NCBI GenBank assembly: GCA_051546255.1
Contig: CP128817.1
Span: 248,001-312,000, forward strand
Length of the DNA: 64,000 bases
DNA from: Meyerozyma guilliermondii
Taxonomy: Eukaryota
Direction: 5' to 3'
Shown here: one piece after another, positions 21,028 through 31,979 of the stretch
Layout: each line of letters opens with the position of its first letter
Numbering within the stretch: the stretch's first letter is position 1
Notes under the pieces: model-generated
Told to the model about the DNA's origin: nothing
Database searches by the model: none
The model's input: the letters and a program-made list of their open reading frames with translations, nothing else
Made by a program: the position numbers and the translations under genes

Positions 21028-24000
21028 CTATTCAATAACCACCACTAAATCTCCCGCATCAACCATGTCTCCATTATCATGGAAGATCTTGACAACTTTA
21101 CCTCCACGAGTCGCATTCACCACCATCTCTGTCTTCATGGCTTCCACTACAATCAAACCTTGACCCTGTTTGACTTCGTCGCCAACAGCTACCAATGGTT
21201 TCCAGAATCGTCCCGAGTACTCAGAGTATACCAATTCGGCATCGTCGCTAAACTTTTCATCCTCTCCCAACTTAACACCCCCATTCGTTGCCAATTCAGC
21301 ATTTGAAATTTGAATCAAGCGGTTGAACTCCTCTAGTTTCTCCCCGCCTTGGTTTTTCTGGAATTCCTCAATCGAAGCAGAATGCTCTTGCACCCATTTC
21401 AAGTATGCACCATGATCAAAGACGGAATCCACAATTTCAACCTTGAACTTACCAGCATTCATACGTTCAGAGCATTCATCCACCTCAGCTTCGGAAGCAG
21501 GATAGAACTCAACCTGATCGAAAGGTGAAAGCAACCATGGATTAACAGAGTGTGAACCCAACGACAACTTGTCCCAAATTGGAACTGTACGTCCTACCAA
21601 CTGATATCCACCAGGAGACTCCATGGTGTAGATACACATGTAGTTTCCACCAATTCCAACGGTACCGTTTGGTGTGTAAGTACGCGAAGGGTTATATTTG
21701 GTACCCAATAATCTGTGTCTTGGGTCCAAAGGAACCGCACAAGGTGCACCGAGGAAGACATCTCCCAATCCAAGAACCAAAAACCGGGCAGTGTACATCA
21801 TGTTCTTGACATCACTTCTATCAACTCCATTGATACTAGCAATAAAGTCGACGTTGTTGGGTAACCATGGAGCTTCGGCTCTAATGGTCTCCAGGTACCT
21901 CTTGACAGCAGCGAGGGTCTTCTCGTCTTCAAAAGCCATAGGTAATTTGATAACACGAGAAGGAACCTTCCATTTGTTCTCAAAGACAATCTCCTTTTCG
22001 TAAGAGATAAGAGTTTGCAAAAGTTGTTTCTGAGTAACCTCAGAGTCAAACTCAACTAACACGGATCTCACACCTTGAGACATCTCAACAATTCCCTTGG
22101 TTTTGTTATCCTTGACCATTTCAATGAGCTTATGAATTCTGTAGCTCAAGTTCAAATCCAATACATTTTCACCATACTCGACCAAGATGTATCTGTCACC
22201 AGCTTGACGGTAAACGACCTTGGGAGCATTAGGAGAAACTTGGACTTCACCGAGAACAGGATTTTCTGGTTTGGGCAACGCTTTGGTTTCAATAGAAGGT
22301 AACTCTCCTTGCAAGCTTTCAACAAGCGAATCCTGTTTGGACTTCAACAGCTTGGCATCTTCAAAAGAAAGAGGTACAAATTGGATGGTGTCCCCAGGTT
22401 TGACTTGTCCAATCTTCCACATTTCAGCTTCAGCTACCACAGCCTCACAAACGAAACCTCCCAATGAAGGACCGTCACAAGTCAATATGACAGGCTCGTC
22501 ACCAGTGAAATTAATGGCACCCAAAGAGTAAACATAATCATGAGCATTGGAGGGATGCAAACCTGCTTCACCTCCATCCTTTCTGGCCCATTGAGGCTTT
22601 GGTCCAATAAGGCGGACTCCAAATCTGTTGGAGTTATAGTGGATCTTCCATTTGGCGGAGAAGAATTCATCGACAGATTCTGGTTTGAAGAAATCTGGCG
22701 ATCCATGAGGACCACACGTTACACCTACCTTCCAGCTCTTGTTGGCATTGAAATCATAAGAGGGAATCAAAGATTCTGGGATTTTAGTTGGTTCCGAAAC
22801 AGCAGATGGTAAGGTACAACTGGGTAATTCTGGTTGTCCCAAAAATAAGACATCTCCCAATTTCAATACACGGCCATTGTAGCCTCCCAAATTTCCAAGT
22901 GCAAATGTTGAGCGAGATCCCAAGTACTCAGTGACATCAATACCACCTCTAATAGCCAAGTAGGCCCTGCAACCAGTGCTCAATTTACCAATGGACAACT
23001 TGTCACCGGCCTTGATGAAAATAGGCGCCCACTGGTCAACTGGATTTCCGTTCACATCAACTTCTGCCTTTCCACCAGTGATAGCAACAACGACATCATG
23101 ATGAAACAACAACTTTGGACCACTCAAAGTAATCTCGATACCTGGAGCTTTCTTATGGTTTCCAACAATTCTGTTTGCAATTCTAAACGAGTACTCATCC
23201 ATGCATCCTGATGGAGGAACTCCAATGTGCCAGTAGCCTTTACGTCCTGGATAATCTTGGACGGTAGTATAAGCACCAGGATTGATAACTTCAAATGCTG
23301 TAGGTTGATACTTGTAAGAGTCCAACACCTTCGTAGCTACTCTGGCTTCTTCAAACATCTTGGAATCGGCAATCGAACGCAAGTAGTCAATATTGGTAAT
23401 ACACCCATAGACAACTGTTTCGTTCAAAGCTTGACGTAACTTGCGCAAAGCGTCATCACGATCTTTACCGTGAACAATGATTTTGGCTAAAGTTGGGTCG
23501 TATTCTGCCGAAACCGTGGTTCCCTTTTCTACCCAACCGTCAATTCTAGCCCAGCTGGGAAACTTGACCTCGGTCAATTGACCTGGGGATGGCATGAAGT
23601 CTTTAACAGGATTCTCAGCATATAATCTAGCCTCCATCGAGGCACCAGTTACGGTGATTTTTTGATCAAAGTCAGGTGGCATATCGGCTGCAATGTACAA
23701 CATCCACTCCACCAAATCAAGACCAGTAACCATTTCAGTAATAGGATGTTCAACCTGAAGTCTGGCATTAACTTCAAGAAAGTAAAACTCGTCTCTTCTT
23801 TGATCATAAATGAACTCAACCGTACCAGCACACTTATAGTTCATTGTAGCACCTAATGATTCTGCTGCTTTTCTCATCCTTGCCCGGGTAGCTTCAGGAA
23901 GATTGGGCGCAGGAGTCTCTTCTATGATCTTTTGATTTCTTCTCTGCAACGAACAATCTCTCTCACCCAAAGCTATGGCTTTACCGTAACCATCACCGAA

Positions 24001-26499
24001 CATTTGAATCTCCACATGACGAGCGTCTTCCACAAAACGCTCAAGAAATACTCCCGAGTCGCCAAAGTAGGACTTTCCTTGATGCTGCACAGTCTGGAAA
24101 ACTCTCTCGATATCAGCCTCAGAGTCAACTTTCTGCAAACCAATACCACCTCCACCGGCGGTAGACTTGACCATAATTGGATACTCCAACTTTGCAGCAA
24201 TCTCCTTAGCTTCCTTGCTATCTTTCACAAGACCGGATCCAGGAACTAACGGAACACCAGCGGCAGAAGCGATTTCTCTCGCCGAGTGTTTCAATCCCAA
24301 CTTTCTGATGGCATCTCCAGCAGGTCCAACAAATACAATCCCCTCTTTAGTACATCTATCAGAGAAATCTGCATTTTCAGATAAAAAACCATAACCGGGA
24401 ATAATTGCTTCGGCTCCTGTAGACTTTGCTGCGTCAATGATTTTGTCAATGGAGATGTAAGTTTCTGCTGCAGAAACTCCGTTTAATGGAACAGCAACAT
24501 CTGCCATGAGCACATGTTTGGCATACTTATCGGGGTTCAGGTATACCGCGATGGACTTGATGTTCAATTTCTTCAATGTCTTCATGATTCTCACAGCTAT
24601 CTCACCTCTATTAGCAACCAAGACGGAATTGAATGGTTTCTTGTTTTTCTTGGATTCTTGCTCGAGATACTCGTGGTACTTTTTCCAGCCACCAAACTTG
24701 GTGATATCGGTTGTTCCAGGTGAATTGTAGCCAGCTTCCTCGCAAATGAAAGACTTAATCCATTCTCCAGAACGTAACTGAACAGAACCAATTCCTAATG
24801 GCTCTGGAACCATGCTAATGAAACGACCAAAATATTCCTTTGGTACAGCATAGACTTCGACTGTAATCTCAGCACCATCTGTAGCTACTCTGCGAAGACC
24901 TGGCTTTTGAACTGGTCCGGTTTTTGGCAAAGCGTAAAGCTTGTACGAAGCGGATGTCGTCGTAGACTCGATGAATGTAGCATGGCACTTTTCTAATTGC
25001 CAGTGCAACTGGAATCCTTTCAAGTGAGCTCCGACCACAGCGAGTTTTATTTGGGAATCAAAGTTGGGTTTTGGAAGTGCAAGCAAATTGTCGTTGATAG
25101 TCGAGGTGTGGTCTTTCAAACAGCCAGCAAATCTTCTTTGCACCTGGGAGTATTGCTTCATGTATCTGGAAGCAAATTCGAGCAATGCATAGTCGTTGAA
25201 TTTGTGTGACAAGAACGTGATTCCGAATGGCAAGCCATCGGCACGGAAACCAGCTGGTACTGCCAAAGCTGATAAGTCTGCCAAGTTGACAAAGTTGGTG
25301 TAAGTTCCCTGCTTGGAGTTGACCTTTATTGGGTCAGCTTTGATTTCAGCAATGGTTGGAGTCAATGGAGCTGTTGGAACCACAATGACGTCAATATCGT
25401 CCAATAATTTCTTCACTTGCTGCAAAATTCTTTGTCTCTTGTACTCAAACTCAAAGGCATCCACGGCTGAATGCTTGGCTCCACCCTTGATTATATTCAT
25501 AACAGTAGGGTCAAGAGTATCAGTTGGAGGATTGGTGTCAAGAAACTTTCTGATAGCAGCGTATCGTTCAGAAACCCAAGGTCCCTCGTAAAGACATCGA
25601 GCTAATTCAAGTAAAGGTTCAATGTCGTAGGACTTGATGTTGACACCAGTCTTTTGGACAAATTCAACAGCCTTGTTGAACAATTTGAGGTTCTCAGTTT
25701 CTCCGAACCACAATAAATCAGTTGGTACAAGCACATTTGGAGTTGAGGGAAACGAAACAAGAGGGTTATCTGGCATGGGTCTGGAGTACTCGTCGTTCTC
25801 AGTATCTGGGTGGGCCATCAAATTGAATGTCAATTGAGCATCTTGCAAATTCAACGAAAAGATCGAAACACAATCCAATGATTTACATGCTGGGACCACT
25901 CCGCCACAAGAAAAGACACCCTTGGTTGGTTTCAAACCAATAACATTATTGAGAGCAGCGGGAACTCTTCCAGAACCAGCGGTGTCGGTTCCCAAAGCAA
26001 TTGGTACGATTCCTCGGGCCACCACCGAAGCAGAACCAGCAGAAGAACCACCAACGACGTATTTGTCATTGAAAGTATTGGGAGTAATTCCATAGGGACT
26101 TCTGGTTCCTACCAATCCGGTTGCAAATTGATCCAAATTAGTCTTACCAATGATTATAGCACCGGCATTTCTCAAGAGCCTAACAGTGGTAGCGTCTTCT
26201 TTGGGCTCAAAGGCATACAGAGGACAAGCAGCAGTAGTTTTAAATCCTTTCACGTCAATGTTGTCCTTAATTGCCACCGGCACACCGTAAAGTGGAAGAC
26301 TGTGCTTATCAGCTTTACTTTGAAGAAAATGCCATTGGTGTTCAAGATTGTCTCTGGTTGCAAGTGAGATCCAAGCTGGATCTTTGGGTGCGGCATTTTG
26401 CGATTCGAGCAATTCACAAAGAGTTGCAAAGGACTCGTTGGGAGTCGAGTTAAAATGGTACTTGACCCACTCTTGTACGGTGAAACCTATGTAAGACAT
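21028..26499 (-). CDS. DUR1,2: Urea amidolyase (allophanate hydrolase plus biotin-dependent urea carboxylase)
   Basis: Amidase signature GGSSAGS and GTDTAGSGR; biotin carboxylase VANRGEIA and EVNARLQVEH; carboxyltransferase domains; biotinylation motif EAMK. 1823 aa. Confidence 0.98.
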   Translation of the reverse strand: MSYIGFTVQEWVKYHFNSTPNESFATLCELLESQNAAPKDPAWISLATRDNLEHQWHFLQSKADKHSLPLYGVPVAIKDNIDVKGFKTTAACPLYAFEPKEDATTVRLLRNAGAIIIGKTNLDQFATGLVGTRSPYGITPNTFNDKYVVGGSSAGSASVVARGIVPIALGTDTAGSGRVPAALNNVIGLKPTKGVFSCGGVVPACKSLDCVSIFSLNLQDAQLTFNLMAHPDTENDEYSRPMPDNPLVSFPSTPNVLVPTDLLWFGETENLKLFNKAVEFVQKTGVNIKSYDIEPLLELARCLYEGPWVSERYAAIRKFLDTNPPTDTLDPTVMNIIKGGAKHSAVDAFEFEYKRQRILQQVKKLLDDIDVIVVPTAPLTPTIAEIKADPIKVNSKQGTYTNFVNLADLSALAVPAGFRADGLPFGITFLSHKFNDYALLEFASRYMKQYSQVQRRFAGCLKDHTSTINDNLLALPKPNFDSQIKLAVVGAHLKGFQLHWQLEKCHATFIESTTTSASYKLYALPKTGPVQKPGLRRVATDGAEITVEVYAVPKEYFGRFISMVPEPLGIGSVQLRSGEWIKSFICEEAGYNSPGTTDITKFGGWKKYHEYLEQESKKNKKPFNSVLVANRGEIAVRIMKTLKKLNIKSIAVYLNPDKYAKHVLMADVAVPLNGVSAAETYISIDKIIDAAKSTGAEAIIPGYGFLSENADFSDRCTKEGIVFVGPAGDAIRKLGLKHSAREIASAAGVPLVPGSGLVKDSKEAKEIAAKLEYPIMVKSTAGGGGIGLQKVDSEADIERVFQTVQHQGKSYFGDSGVFLERFVEDARHVEIQMFGDGYGKAIALGERDCSLQRRNQKIIEETPAPNLPEATRARMRKAAESLGATMNYKCAGTVEFIYDQRRDEFYFLEVNARLQVEHPITEMVTGLDLVEWMLYIAADMPPDFDQKITVTGASMEARLYAENPVKDFMPSPGQLTEVKFPSWARIDGWVEKGTTVSAEYDPTLAKIIVHGKDRDDALRKLRQALNETVVYGCITNIDYLRSIADSKMFEEARVATKVLDSYKYQPTAFEVINPGAYTTVQDYPGRKGYWHIGVPPSGCMDEYSFRIANRIVGNHKKAPGIEITLSGPKLLFHHDVVVAITGGKAEVDVNGNPVDQWAPIFIKAGDKLSIGKLSTGCRAYLAIRGGIDVTEYLGSRSTFALGNLGGYNGRVLKLGDVLFLGQPELPSCTLPSAVSEPTKIPESLIPSYDFNANKSWKVGVTCGPHGSPDFFKPESVDEFFSAKWKIHYNSNRFGVRLIGPKPQWARKDGGEAGLHPSNAHDYVYSLGAINFTGDEPVILTCDGPSLGGFVCEAVVAEAEMWKIGQVKPGDTIQFVPLSFEDAKLLKSKQDSLVESLQGELPSIETKALPKPENPVLGEVQVSPNAPKVVYRQAGDRYILVEYGENVLDLNLSYRIHKLIEMVKDNKTKGIVEMSQGVRSVLVEFDSEVTQKQLLQTLISYEKEIVFENKWKVPSRVIKLPMAFEDEKTLAAVKRYLETIRAEAPWLPNNVDFIASINGVDRSDVKNMMYTARFLVLGLGDVFLGAPCAVPLDPRHRLLGTKYNPSRTYTPNGTVGIGGNYMCIYTMESPGGYQLVGRTVPIWDKLSLGSHSVNPWLLSPFDQVEFYPASEAEVDECSERMNAGKFKVEIVDSVFDHGAYLKWVQEHSASIEEFQKNQGGEKLEEFNRLIQISNAELATNGGVKLGEDEKFSDDAELVYSEYSGRFWKPLVAVGDEVKQGQGLIVVEAMKTEMVVNATRGGKVVKIFHDNGDMVDAGDLVVVIE

Positions 26500-26634
26500 T
26501 CTCTAGCAGACGTGATTGAATGTTGAATAGGTAAGTTAATGAAATGTGTAGTTTTGATAGATTATGGTATTATTCTCGAAATCCCAATCGAAGGTAAAGT
26601 GTCACTTGCAAATCCCAAAATGCCTTCCCCAAGG

Positions 26635-27028
26635 TATATATAGTACCCAGATTCCAGGTGGGCATCGAACGGAGATCCCCGATTTGGTCGGGCTCGACGC
26701 CGCTCCGCCGACCGACGGCCCGTTTTAGAACTTCCCGCGGCTGCCAATCTGCGATTGCCCTGCATACAGACCGTTGTCCTGTGTGGAAGCAGATGATAGA
26801 GAACGCGCGCGGTGATTGGCGGGAGATAGATGTCAGATTCGATAGCGAGGTGTGTTTTTTCACACCTGCGAAATCAGGATCCGCCGGTTGCGGATCAAGG
26901 CTGCAAAAAAGTGCGATAAGGTGGGGTGTGGGGTAAATGAGGAGCACCGCAATCAGATAGTGCTGAGATACTTGAACCTAAACTGGCTACTAAAAGGACT
27001 TAAGCCCGGGCTTTCGCAACCTCTTATC
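26635..27028. promoter_or_regulatory. DUR1,2 promoter: TATA-like element, CGG-N6-CCG site and GATA sites
   Basis: TATATATA 26635-26642; CGGagatccCCG 26670-26681; GATAAG 26915-26920; CTTATC 27023-27028; several GATAG cores. Confidence 0.55.
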
Positions 27029-27150
27029 TCGTTTCCAACCGCGAACCTAGTAATCTCCAATCGTCATGTTGAGTTAAGATACGAATATTTTACTCTCAAT
27101 TTAATACTCTTATTCATCCACAAATAAATACTCTATTCATCTACCATAAA

Positions 27151-29325
27151 TTACTCCTTTTTCTCCAATTCCTCATCGATATGTCTTGGGGTGTAGATAC
27201 CATCTTGGAGTGTTTTACCTTCCACAACTCCATTGCTTTGGCTAATGGCCAACAACCTTGCAGAGACTTGAGATTGAATCGCATGCAATTTCTCGGGGTG
27301 GGACTCTTGCCATTGCTTCACCTTGTACCCTTGACCAGTTAAATCCCAGTAGATACCTCTGAAAGTGATGGCAATTGCATCCCTACCTTCCCAGATGGGA
27401 TACACAATAACCATGAAAGCACTGAAAAAAATCCAAATGAACAACACCGAAACCCATCCCGTAAAGAACTTTTTGGAGAAAATGTACGAGGAGCCATACA
27501 TTGGCATGGGCCACAAAATCACCAAACATAACGTCAATGATACACAAATGACGGCGGCAATCTTAAACGACTTGTTCAACTTTTTAGTTTCCTCTTCTAA
27601 TCGATCTTCATGAGAGTCCGCAATCTCGGTTGCCATAACTGTAATTTGTGATTTCACAGGATGAATGTATTCTGGATCAGCGTCGTTCACTTCGGTCGCG
27701 GCAATCAATTCCTCTTCCTCGTCAACTCTAGTGATGGATTTCAAAATCAGCCAGTCGAAATTTTGGGGCTTGAAGACAATTGTAAGCACGGGAACAAATA
27801 CCACTGGAGATAATAATGCCACCACGTTACCTGTAAGCATGGCATCATCCTCAAAAGTAGTATCGACGTTGACAGCACCAAACTTCTTCTTGGCACAAAC
27901 TAACCACGACATAATGGCCAAAATTGTGGCCAAAACTGGCGATAAAGTAGCAGCGACTTTGTTCTGATTTTTCGACAACAATGTTAAAGCCAGCGGGAGA
28001 ACAGCTCCACCAATTATAATGCCCATGAGCTCGTACAAGTAACCCATTCCGATTCCAGCGTAGTATAATCCAATGGCGAAAGCAGCCATAACATAGGCAA
28101 ACACAACCACAGCACAGTGCGACATGAAGATCAACTTCTTACCGCTGGCTTTAGGATTGATGTAACTCCGGTAGACATCATAGGTGAAGACCGAAGAGAT
28201 GGCAATCAACTCGGCAGACATGGCAGAAGTACATGCCATGAAGACCATTAACAAAGAGCAAACGGCACCACCTTTGCCCAACATTGCAACAGCAGCATTT
28301 GGAAGAACCAATCCAGCACTGACTTCTGCAGGAGTCATTTTGTTAGGGTAGGTGGGCCAGGCGGGAGTATCTTGCAAAGACAAGGCCACAAGACCCATAG
28401 TAGTTGAGGTTAACATTGGAACAGCAAACCAAGCCAATCCACCCAAGACGTAACCTGGAAGAGCAGCGGCAGGATTAGCAGCAAATGCTTTGTTGAAGTA
28501 ACCGTTATCGAGGAACACAGTTCCAAAGTTTCCAACAATGTTAATAACAAAGAAAATTCCACCTGATCTGGAATGCATGGTCAAATAAGATCCTCCAGCA
28601 TTACCCTCACGAGGTTGTGTTTCAGCAAGAAGAGTAACAGCTTCCCAAACGGCACCAGGCGATCCCAATTTGTCCGAAGTTGCAAACGCAGTAAAGGCAA
28701 AAATCATGATAATAATAATCATGATCACTGTATGGGCATAATCTGTAAGAAAAGTAGCCTTGATACCTCCGAAAAGGGTGTAAATAACCACTCCTAATGG
28801 AAGAAGTAAACAAGCAGCCACAATATGCATTCCTGTCAAGTCATTGACCACGGCAGAGCCACCACTAAGCAACATGGCTGTGACCAAGACATTGGTTGCA
28901 AATCCGAAAAATAAGAACACAAGGTGAGTAGCTACTCCATACCTTGCCTTGATGATTTCCAAGTAAGTATGCGCTCCAGGAGCTCTTTCCTTTCCCTTGA
29001 TAGCCAAACAAGCAAACAAAACAATCTGACAAGTGGCTCCAGCAGCATAGTAGAATGCACCGGAAAGTCCATTGTTATAAGTTTGAGTTGTAGAAGTCAA
29101 TAAAGTTGCAGCCCAAGTCCACGAACTAAGCACGGCCGATGCAATAAGACCCGTTTTCACCGATCTTCCCGCAGTAGTGAACTCTTCAGCAGTCATGATT
29201 TCTCGGTTATAACGTTTCAATACAAAAGTAGTCAACATCATACCGAGTGCAAATACGAAACCAAGTCCTAAGACCACGGCATAACCAGCTCCTTGAGGAA
29301 GAGCAATATAAGATGAAATAGCCAT
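27151..29325 (-). CDS. DUR3: Urea/polyamine active transporter (sodium:solute symporter family)
   Basis: [42 protein letters not shown] and [12 protein letters not shown], with many TM segments. Confidence 0.96.
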   Translation of the reverse strand: MAISSYIALPQGAGYAVVLGLGFVFALGMMLTTFVLKRYNREIMTAEEFTTAGRSVKTGLIASAVLSSWTWAATLLTSTTQTYNNGLSGAFYYAAGATCQIVLFACLAIKGKERAPGAHTYLEIIKARYGVATHLVFLFFGFATNVLVTAMLLSGGSAVVNDLTGMHIVAACLLLPLGVVIYTLFGGIKATFLTDYAHTVIMIIIIMIFAFTAFATSDKLGSPGAVWEAVTLLAETQPREGNAGGSYLTMHSRSGGIFFVINIVGNFGTVFLDNGYFNKAFAANPAAALPGYVLGGLAWFAVPMLTSTTMGLVALSLQDTPAWPTYPNKMTPAEVSAGLVLPNAAVAMLGKGGAVCSLLMVFMACTSAMSAELIAISSVFTYDVYRSYINPKASGKKLIFMSHCAVVVFAYVMAAFAIGLYYAGIGMGYLYELMGIIIGGAVLPLALTLLSKNQNKVAATLSPVLATILAIMSWLVCAKKKFGAVNVDTTFEDDAMLTGNVVALLSPVVFVPVLTIVFKPQNFDWLILKSITRVDEEEELIAATEVNDADPEYIHPVKSQITVMATEIADSHEDRLEEETKKLNKSFKIAAVICVSLTLCLVILWPMPMYGSSYIFSKKFFTGWVSVLFIWIFFSAFMVIVYPIWEGRDAIAITFRGIYWDLTGQGYKVKQWQESHPEKLHAIQSQVSARLLAISQSNGVVEGKTLQDGIYTPRHIDEELEKKE

Positions 29326-29401
29326 TGTAGTCGATGAGGAAACATGGGGTACATCACCTCTTTATATACTTGCCAATGCATCTGTTAAGATTAGCTTCAT
29401 C

Positions 29402-29553
29402 GATAAGCTACTATGATAAAAGCATCGCGCGGCTTTCGGGCCGCTACTTGGCCGTTATCACTCATTACCTAAGCAGGGCGTTTCTTATCAATTACTATGG
29501 AGGGGCCATAGAATGCAGGGACTTTTTGACGTGAACCGCAAGCACGTGATAAA
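29402..29553. promoter_or_regulatory. GATA-factor (nitrogen catabolite repression) site cluster upstream of DUR3
   Basis: GATAAG 29402, GATAAA 29415, TTATC 29455, CTTATC 29484, GATAAA 29548: five sites in about 150 bp. CACGTG at 29543. Confidence 0.7.
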
Positions 29554-29769
29554 TCGATTAATGGTGTCATGTAATTGGTTGTAGTATCGCAGCAGATACT
29601 ACAAGACAATTCTCAATTCTTGAGATCATATCATATTCTTGAAAATATTAACTTCAAATCGCCACGGGTGCGCCGTAATTATGCTTCTGGCCCGTATCCC
29701 GATAATGCAGATGCAAACCCCACAATTGCAAATTGCGCTTGAAAACCTGCCTAATCCAGACACTGGGGC

Positions 29770-31644
29770 TCAAAACTTGAGTCCATGCAAGTCGTCTAAC
29801 GCCAGGTTTACGTAATTGGCACTCGCCGAGTACATTGGCCCATTCGATACTTGCTGCGTCGAATAGTCGGCTTTGGGTTCCTCTAATGTTTTAGTGATTG
29901 TTCGTTGTTCTTCTGCCAACTCTTCCTGGATTGTGTCCCAGATTTCCTCTCTCAGTTGTGAGGGAACGTCTTCTTCTGGAATCGAAAATCGGTTGACAAA
30001 ATAAAAGGTACCCAGAATACTATTATCAACAACGACTTCTCCACTGTTGACGCTTGTTTCCACCTCCTCGATTGCAATTGAGTACGACCAATTAAACGAA
30101 TCAGCTATTTCAGCAGTAGATGAGCCACTATAATGGGCATACATTTTTTTCATGTAGTCGTCTCTATCGCCCAACCCCATTTCCGTAAGTACTTCGAACT
30201 TGCGCTTTGCAAGCTCAAACTCTCTTTCTCGTTGAAGTAAAAAGTCCTTGACTCCAAACAGTGAAGCACCTCTTGAACATATTACTACTAAACCACTCTT
30301 CTCGTACTCTTTGACCTTGATGGGCAAATTTAACTCTTCAGTTAAAACTAGTACTTTTTGCAAATCTGAAGGTGCTAATAACTCCAGCCCAAACCCTTGG
30401 GTCATGACCAAATACCGGTTATAAGTAGCGAAAAGGTCTTGGGTGCTGATCATTGACAGTTTTTTCGAAAGTGGTCCACTAATACAATACTCACTTATAT
30501 GTCTTGCGAGTTCTCGATGATATAGTCCTGATGACTTTTTGATCTTGAGAGGAGGTACAATTGACTTGTATGCGACCTTCCTCTTGATAAGCGGTTGAAA
30601 TGCTGTCGATAATTTGATTAAGTCTTGGGCACGATGCATGAGCTGATCCAAATCTTCGAGTGAGCTGCTGAGAACCGTCTCGTTTTCCTGTCTTCTTTGC
30701 TCTCCGATCTGCTCGAGTCCGTGAATCCCGCCACCATGAATAGTGTTTTGCACTTTTTGGGCTGGATCAACTTTTTTTGCGTCTCTATTAATAGCTCCAG
30801 CAGCTTCTAGACGGCTCCATCGGTCTTGAACGAGGACCTCATTGAGGTGTTTATGAAACGTCTGTTCCCCACCTGCCCGAAAACTGAACTTGACATAAGG
30901 GGGGCTACGAGAATATGTCTCTTGATCGTTTTCTAATCGAATGTTCAAATGTGCTTGTTCTTCAGATCCTGCAATATTGCTGGTACTTCCCGCATCATCA
31001 GCGTGCAACTTCTGCTGGAGACTCTTGCTCAATGTCGACTTGAGCTCACATCCACATAATTCACAGTATCGTAACGAAGGGTGGTTGATAAAAGTGCATT
31101 TTGGGCATTGGTCATCTCTGACTCTAGGAGTTTCAGTATCGACTTTAGCGTTGTTTTTTCCTTGAATTAAGCTTTCTATAAGTGTACGCAGCGGGGGTAT
31201 TCCGCACGAAGTGCAGCGTGGAAAGTCTTGGTCGAGATCTGTCTTGGTATCCAAATGGTTATTAAATGAACATATCTGGCATACCCAGTCTATTATTGAC
31301 GATTTTGACGACTGAGAGATAAGTTCTGGTTGTCCCTTTGAATCATCGAGCTTGAAGCTGACTCGAACTTTTGCCGAGGATCGAAGAAATCCATCAATGA
31401 TGCCACAAGACTCCACAATCGATATGGGAATACTCATGGACATCAACGGATCTGCCTCATCGACATATATTATTCGATAATTCGTCAAGTATAGTCTTCC
31501 TATCTGCCGATTGAGTATCTTTTGTTGTCCCTGGTACACGCCAACCTTATCTTTGACGTAAACGATATGCTCTCCATCTTCGAGAATGGGACGATTGCTT
31601 CTATTCACCGAAACAGCATTCCAGATTCCAATATAAGAAACCAT
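29770..31644 (-). CDS. VPS36: ESCRT-II subunit Vps36
   Basis: Split GLUE domain (GRLYLTNYRIIYVD ... KFSFRAGG) with two NZF fingers (WVCQICSFNN, CPKCTFINHPSLRYCELCG) and GGGIHGLE. Start at ATG 31644. Confidence 0.92.
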   Translation of the reverse strand: MVSYIGIWNAVSVNRSNRPILEDGEHIVYVKDKVGVYQGQQKILNRQIGRLYLTNYRIIYVDEADPLMSMSIPISIVESCGIIDGFLRSSAKVRVSFKLDDSKGQPELISQSSKSSIIDWVCQICSFNNHLDTKTDLDQDFPRCTSCGIPPLRTLIESLIQGKNNAKVDTETPRVRDDQCPKCTFINHPSLRYCELCGCELKSTLSKSLQQKLHADDAGSTSNIAGSEEQAHLNIRLENDQETYSRSPPYVKFSFRAGGEQTFHKHLNEVLVQDRWSRLEAAGAINRDAKKVDPAQKVQNTIHGGGIHGLEQIGEQRRQENETVLSSSLEDLDQLMHRAQDLIKLSTAFQPLIKRKVAYKSIVPPLKIKKSSGLYHRELARHISEYCISGPLSKKLSMISTQDLFATYNRYLVMTQGFGLELLAPSDLQKVLVLTEELNLPIKVKEYEKSGLVVICSRGASLFGVKDFLLQREREFELAKRKFEVLTEMGLGDRDDYMKKMYAHYSGSSTAEIADSFNWSYSIAIEEVETSVNSGEVVVDNSILGTFYFVNRFSIPEEDVPSQLREEIWDTIQEELAEEQRTITKTLEEPKADYSTQQVSNGPMYSASANYVNLALDDLHGLKF

Positions 31645-31979
31645 ATTTGGTGCAAATTTGGTGCAGACTTTATGTAACTGTAACTTTCTTTGAGGTTTTA
31701 GTTCTGCTTTCCTTTCCGATACTATGGCAACGACGCAACTAGATTGCATCCTGTATGCCGTGGTTTGCAACTTCAACACTTCCTGCATAAACTGCCACGG
31801 TAAGGTTTAGGATCACTTTGGTGGAAATAGCCGTCTAAGTGTGCGCCACATTGACTAAGAAATATTGAGTCCGGAATTCACATACCAGGTGTTTGTGAGT
31901 GCGTCATACGATTTCCGAGCTAAAATACCCATTTCGTTTTTAATTTCACGTTTGTGGCTCTGAAGCTCGCAAATCAACC

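Noticed and set aside
26562..27127. Several overlapping short ORFs between DUR1,2 and DUR3
   Set aside because: GC-rich promoter DNA, mostly non-ATG starts, and no protein motifs.
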